IMG/VR virus record: IMGVR_UViG_3300035527_000189
Span: 66,889 to 98,142 of that record
Length of the DNA: 31,254 bases
From: a virus
Strand: one strand, 5' to 3'
In this document: piece after piece, positions 29,601 through 31,254 of the stretch
Numbering within the stretch: position 1 is the stretch's first letter
Layout: each line of letters begins with the position of its first letter
Translations under genes and position numbers: made by a program
The notes under the pieces: model-generated
The model's input: only the letters and a program-made list of their open reading frames with translations
Databases searched by the model: none
Told to the model about the DNA's origin: nothing

Positions 29601-31254
29601 ATTACTTACTGAAGATCAAGCAAGTGTTCATGCTTCTGGTTGGCGTTATAATTTTATTCTTACTTATTATTACTATAATGCATATCCTTATTGGGCACTT
29701 TTAGATGATATTCTTTCTGGATATTATGATAATCAACAAACATTGTGGATGGATCAGCGAGAACTACCAATATGGTGGGTTTATGATTTTGGGGCTGGTA
29801 ATGAGCGAAAAGTTGATTATATGTATGTAAAACTTGGTGTAGTTGATCCGGCATATAGTACACCCGATACACTCACTATATATGGATCTAATGATGCAAG
29901 TTTAGATTTTATTTCTGGAAAAGTTATACCAGTTATTACTACTACATCTGGTAATTACACTATCCATATCTTTAATTCTGATGGGGCTATAACATTTCAT
30001 AATGATGGAAATGTTGACGTGTTAATTGTTGCTGGTGGGGGTGCTGGTGGTGGAAGTAATGTAGGTGCTGGTGGGGGTGCTGGTGGATTAATATATCAGA
30101 CTGGGGCTTCTGTTAGTGGTAGTGAAGACTACACTATAGTTATAGGTGATGGCGGGGTTGGTGGATCAAATGATGGGGAAAATGGAAACAATAGTTCTTT
30201 TGGTGAACTAACGGCACTTGGTGGGGGTGGCGGAGGAGGCGGCGGTTGGACGTCTGTGTCAGAAGGTTTTGATGGTGGTTCAGGCGGAGGGGCTAATGGT
30301 AATGATGACGGGACTGGAACTCCTGGCTTAGCTTTGGAACACACAAACCCACCTGGATACTACGGTAATGATGGAGGAAATGGCTATGGTACCGCATATA
30401 CTGGTAGAAGATCTGGCGGCGGTGGTGGAGGTGCTGGATCAGCTGGACAGAATGCCTACTCTTATAACGGGGGAGATGGAGGTGCTGGAGTATTATATGA
30501 TATTTCAGGAACTCCCACCTATTATGCTGGTGGTGGTGGCGGAGCCACAAATAATTCTTCTGGAAAAGGCATCGGTGGAATAGGTGGTGGCGGTGATGGT
30601 ACTAATGGTGGGGGTATAGCTGAAAACGGTGTTGATGGTACTGGAGGCGGTGGTGGAGGAAGGGATGAGTCAGCATCTGGTGCTGCCGGGGATGGAGGCA
30701 GAGGTGTAGTTATAGTCCGTTACTTAACTGCTGATTTTACTGAAGCACCAACAATCTCAGTAGTTAAAAATACAGCAAAAAGTAAAGACTTTATATCCCA
30801 ACACACTATTGATATGTCTTCTGGACAACCCGAACTTTATATTAATACAAATATTATTAATTATTATAGACATTACTGTTTTGTCTTTACAGACACATCA
30901 GGATCTACTGATCCATTTTCTGCTGGTATACATTTGGTGAAATTTTATGAGGATTTAACCGAATCTACTTCTGATTTATCAACGGAGGTTAATTATTATG
31001 ATCATTATTTTGCCATAGATCTAGGCCAAAGATATGTTTTAGATTTTATGAGGAATTATGGGGATGATCCTGATAAAATATATCTTCCAGACATTTTTAC
31101 TGGTGTTGACTATTCCCTTTCTGAAGAGCAAGATCCAAATAATGTTGTATGGTCAACTGATGATTATTTGGGTGGGTCCTTTTCTGCTAGATCGATAATA
31201 TTTGATATAGCTGATAATTATGGGTATTCGGCCTATATAAGTATTCGATCGCTA
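23689..31254 (+). CDS. giant multidomain fibre/adhesin-like protein, >2522 aa, 3' end outside window
   Basis: ATG overlaps the upstream TGA (ATGA). Frame reads MTYNILKDAKLIKNDTTCMHD...; no stop in the segments I translated, and the ORF track shows no closed ORF in this frame. Contains a CBM-like domain (WSGNIVNFRIYP), discoidin-like domains and a Gly-rich domain. Confidence 0.85.
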   Translation, partial: MTYNILKDAKLIKNDTTCMHDINYGFNSTFPNNGDVDGWNIYNNIYLYGSWNKVLFGSSLGVSCYFGREINILPVVADDYYYLHMMMKLTAPIHKYKDYPTKGKIQWITNTDDTWNDDKSVEFDLEVTGNWKLYIINMAELQYWSGNIVNFRIYPFIDGYEDIQFAVKYIRVVSDNKFQCLNTNCLYYTKYSHPCPAIGRFSSITAGEGKTHYTTISGVSDTLYVNIDDYGSEKITLGNNINITGDQMAKIIGDRLSAIDVGGYTYAYSEHTEDNKLKITSGNLGIASDDETIIFDGELAIFVTAYNCLVDPSYFTSRNLNYVRVNAYLNMISGSVLDILKFLFTNEYNPSLITVSEFLINNSIFQNILDIKFSEPLTFYQMKAADWHAGNPGASLVLDSMGDIYVCGSINDFYWGSSYYPPNELKDVTNDYLLIDNPQTDMFAGEPYTGKASSTSELFLKVNYGSCRFIFATLSHQDLEIGNTGAEQQYDLIEKFDQFAGSESVGGQSGYSGFFTPFTIVIEGGSAKEELGFNEDSINVTSSKPASGFDFASSRRLKAYEINRLVDNDKKSTAYYHDPDQRVVEAGRRDYFEAVSTYNVASNNTPDFYSEINGQGYILIDLTHPVTDSGRLKHIKVNGSKYLGFDSSVIVFRPFKDGTLIKLYETSFLSELSTSIYSTVNSTHHVETDFMVSKGDLIGFKNFGILCPHSSITLKPNAMLYKLGANDNIDVRFEPGNIFCQGVIGPSYYAYSERVQDSIKLSVDFGKRINIGEINVHGKEFNDSFEYNIASCLDVSWQCNLYNESHTHRAYHDTGLYVNYWTHKNIPYGLDSLNNCKTTVDNGRQGTSFTGGNGGNGLATFGEHSYFYVNGDAEWLYGVSSSKSEFWYPWRNAVTYDYEFDPVALYIHFPHNKNINIHRSIIYFKESENFKKMFLAYYMAPAGLPGNSGQYGYSYIPNFSSVKLDGTKYTAEDVGGTKYSTADLIMPNPMPNSKMIYVDGEASDENWALYQVAGNTEWNVMEHNFEPINCYGFMVYCDWHKSTKIIEMELYSSFPVKPVLVDNIFMSSSIYGDYWDTILFKEDNKDPNKAYSNLVSSPRYFNMEFSPQSAFELYELSFEVAESDLKLLDCNNTVLMDSAPRNQMTSPKKLEIENVYDVPLKLSVSVPTKFIPNNNLLSHIKATSQETTEYAEVGPGAVVEKNDDYNLELYNSQVAINCPSYYLKNLAVDAPIWAFEKNKYWKDLGLSGSKGEINYLNESGVFKASITFDATSSKFWKFNILTHEFHRFYTVNVLYNNETVAIKDLYVQAQSKGLGSIKQVINTDSNGEYIPTPVIYDNFSDNDFINYWQYNIPLGNYFREINNVLKPTLLLPNTTSYFERNLQCPLNSFAFETEFYYNPIDYRNLIGYKVELLDNYDTVVMGLELNNDEEDVYINIYTSNLDKEYEPTSSYQNDHSYYSQSHKLGFIDSLGGNFRFSITKEFRDYTEIKLSALPSLSGSEYCSAKSVVFDIADNHGGSIFLSIRSIEFKFRGNLIINSNPTVYATSNISNSGYEPENVFDTDLSKIGDQDHTSWLSEIYNITNQRLIVVFDSETEFDEIVVNNGHHYGDAGGWTTSGAKNVVIHISSDIVTDTTYGAPIPNSRKIFDGVFDEHVASDIEDDQSLLGLILDLVSFDDSYVFYDGTKTDTIYLLSRVHKARISYINNSLVSLPLPDIVYDTYFAKTLIFDCENNWGRSDGMGIRMVELLDINGDTIPLIPSDYSSYDSYHYHSNTIFGTAFDTTRSKTGSLSDWRSDYNAGWVACCGGSLVSNQRGVIVFNSDIVFYGVRINNYHNGGGTTNAGVKDIKVYLSRAIIDDTTYGGSLHGTHMIFDGQIDEHVSLDIVDDQTLSGIAEYNYDQSATFFYSNSIELDALPIISQDESLIIELTGSNPANEINLIMDNTDLSDGSLYFSNTGQDDFTLWAQNIDRFSLLTEDQASVHASGWRYNFILTYYYYNAYPYWALLDDILSGYYDNQQTLWMDQRELPIWWVYDFGAGNERKVDYMYVKLGVVDPAYSTPDTLTIYGSNDASLDFISGKVIPVITTTSGNYTIHIFNSDGAITFHNDGNVDVLIVAGGGAGGGSNVGAGGGAGGLIYQTGASVSGSEDYTIVIGDGGVGGSNDGENGNNSSFGELTALGGGGGGGGGWTSVSEGFDGGSGGGANGNDDGTGTPGLALEHTNPPGYYGNDGGNGYGTAYTGRRSGGGGGGAGSAGQNAYSYNGGDGGAGVLYDISGTPTYYAGGGGGATNNSSGKGIGGIGGGGDGTNGGGIAENGVDGTGGGGGGRDESASGAAGDGGRGVVIVRYLTADFTEAPTISVVKNTAKSKDFISQHTIDMSSGQPELYINTNIINYYRHYCFVFTDTSGSTDPFSAGIHLVKFYEDLTESTSDLSTEVNYYDHYFAIDLGQRYVLDFMRNYGDDPDKIYLPDIFTGVDYSLSEEQDPNNVVWSTDDYLGGSFSARSIIFDIADNYGYSAYISIRSL
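28195..31254 (+). repeat. three copies of a ~165-aa discoidin/galactose-binding-like repeat (28195-28680, 28849-29355, 31183-end)
   Basis: SAKSVVFDIADNHG..IRSIEF / FAKTLIFDCENNWG..IRMVEL / SARSIIFDIADNYG..IRS. Copies 1 and 2 share FDT..SK.G, NQR.VIVF, NN.H, G.K, DTTYG and IFDG..DEHV..DI.DDQ.L. Confidence 0.8.
29950..30726 (+). other. glycine-rich domain (Gly_rich_2 / ALK-LTK-like polyglycine type) within the giant ORF
   Basis: GNYTIHIF...VDVLIVAGGGAGG...GAGGGAGGLIY...YTIVIGDGG...NGNNSSFG.LTALGGGGG...GGSGGG...YYAGGGGG...GGRGVVIVRY; locally G-rich DNA. Confidence 0.85.

Noticed and set aside
1707-30583. Short ORFs on the minus strand or in alternate plus frames (1707, 5009, 8715, 12552, 17332, 18325, 18380, 19643, 20963, 22258, 28462, 29660, 30129, 30293, 30368)
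   Set aside because: All overlap longer, better-supported plus-strand CDSs and lack recognisable motifs. The Pro-rich and His-rich ones are antisense shadows of the Gly-rich domain.
30020-30710. GGT/GGC/GGA-rich tract as a simple repeat, collagen or G-quadruplex element
   Set aside because: It encodes a recognisable Gly-rich domain with polyglycine runs, not Gly-X-Y collagen periodicity.
23693-31254. Apparent 7.5-kb gene desert suggesting stop-codon recoding or a large ncRNA
   Set aside because: Explained by one open frame that leaves the window. TAA, TAG and TGA all act as stops at tight gene junctions elsewhere, so the standard code fits.
1-31254. tRNA or rRNA genes
   Set aside because: Intergenic gaps are too short (largest about 150 nt) and show no cloverleaf or T-loop signature.

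Overview
AT-rich, gap-free, all-plus-strand gene run read with the standard genetic code, with strong GGAGG/GGGGG Shine-Dalgarno sites and overlapping stop/start codons. It looks like the virion-surface (fibre, appendage or decoration) module of a large uncultivated phage or similar element. It encodes acidic, Ser/Thr/Gly/Tyr-rich proteins built from Big_1/Big_5-like Ig, FN3-like, discoidin/CBM-like and Gly-rich domains, many paralogous to one another. It includes a 1845-aa Cys-rich protein and a giant ORF (23689 to window end, >2522 codons) that the ORF track missed because its stop lies outside the window. I recognise no capsid, terminase, sheath, tube or tape-measure gene, so the viral assignment is inference. 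Intruders in the module are a split, active-site-degenerate ComD/ComE-like (sulfo-/phosphonopyruvate decarboxylase) gene pair, an HNH endonuclease with a likely 3' frameshift, an HTH/PD-(D/E)XK endonuclease with its own sigma70-like promoter and palindrome, and an FmdB-type zinc ribbon. The most unusual signals are the degenerate ThDP-enzyme pair inside the structural operon, a pervasive T-x-S-G motif confined to the putative surface proteins, nested domain insertions in the giant protein, and a repeated intergenic motif (TAACCTTTATA-n3-GTAG) that may be a phage-specific promoter. All family calls are by eye, without database searches.
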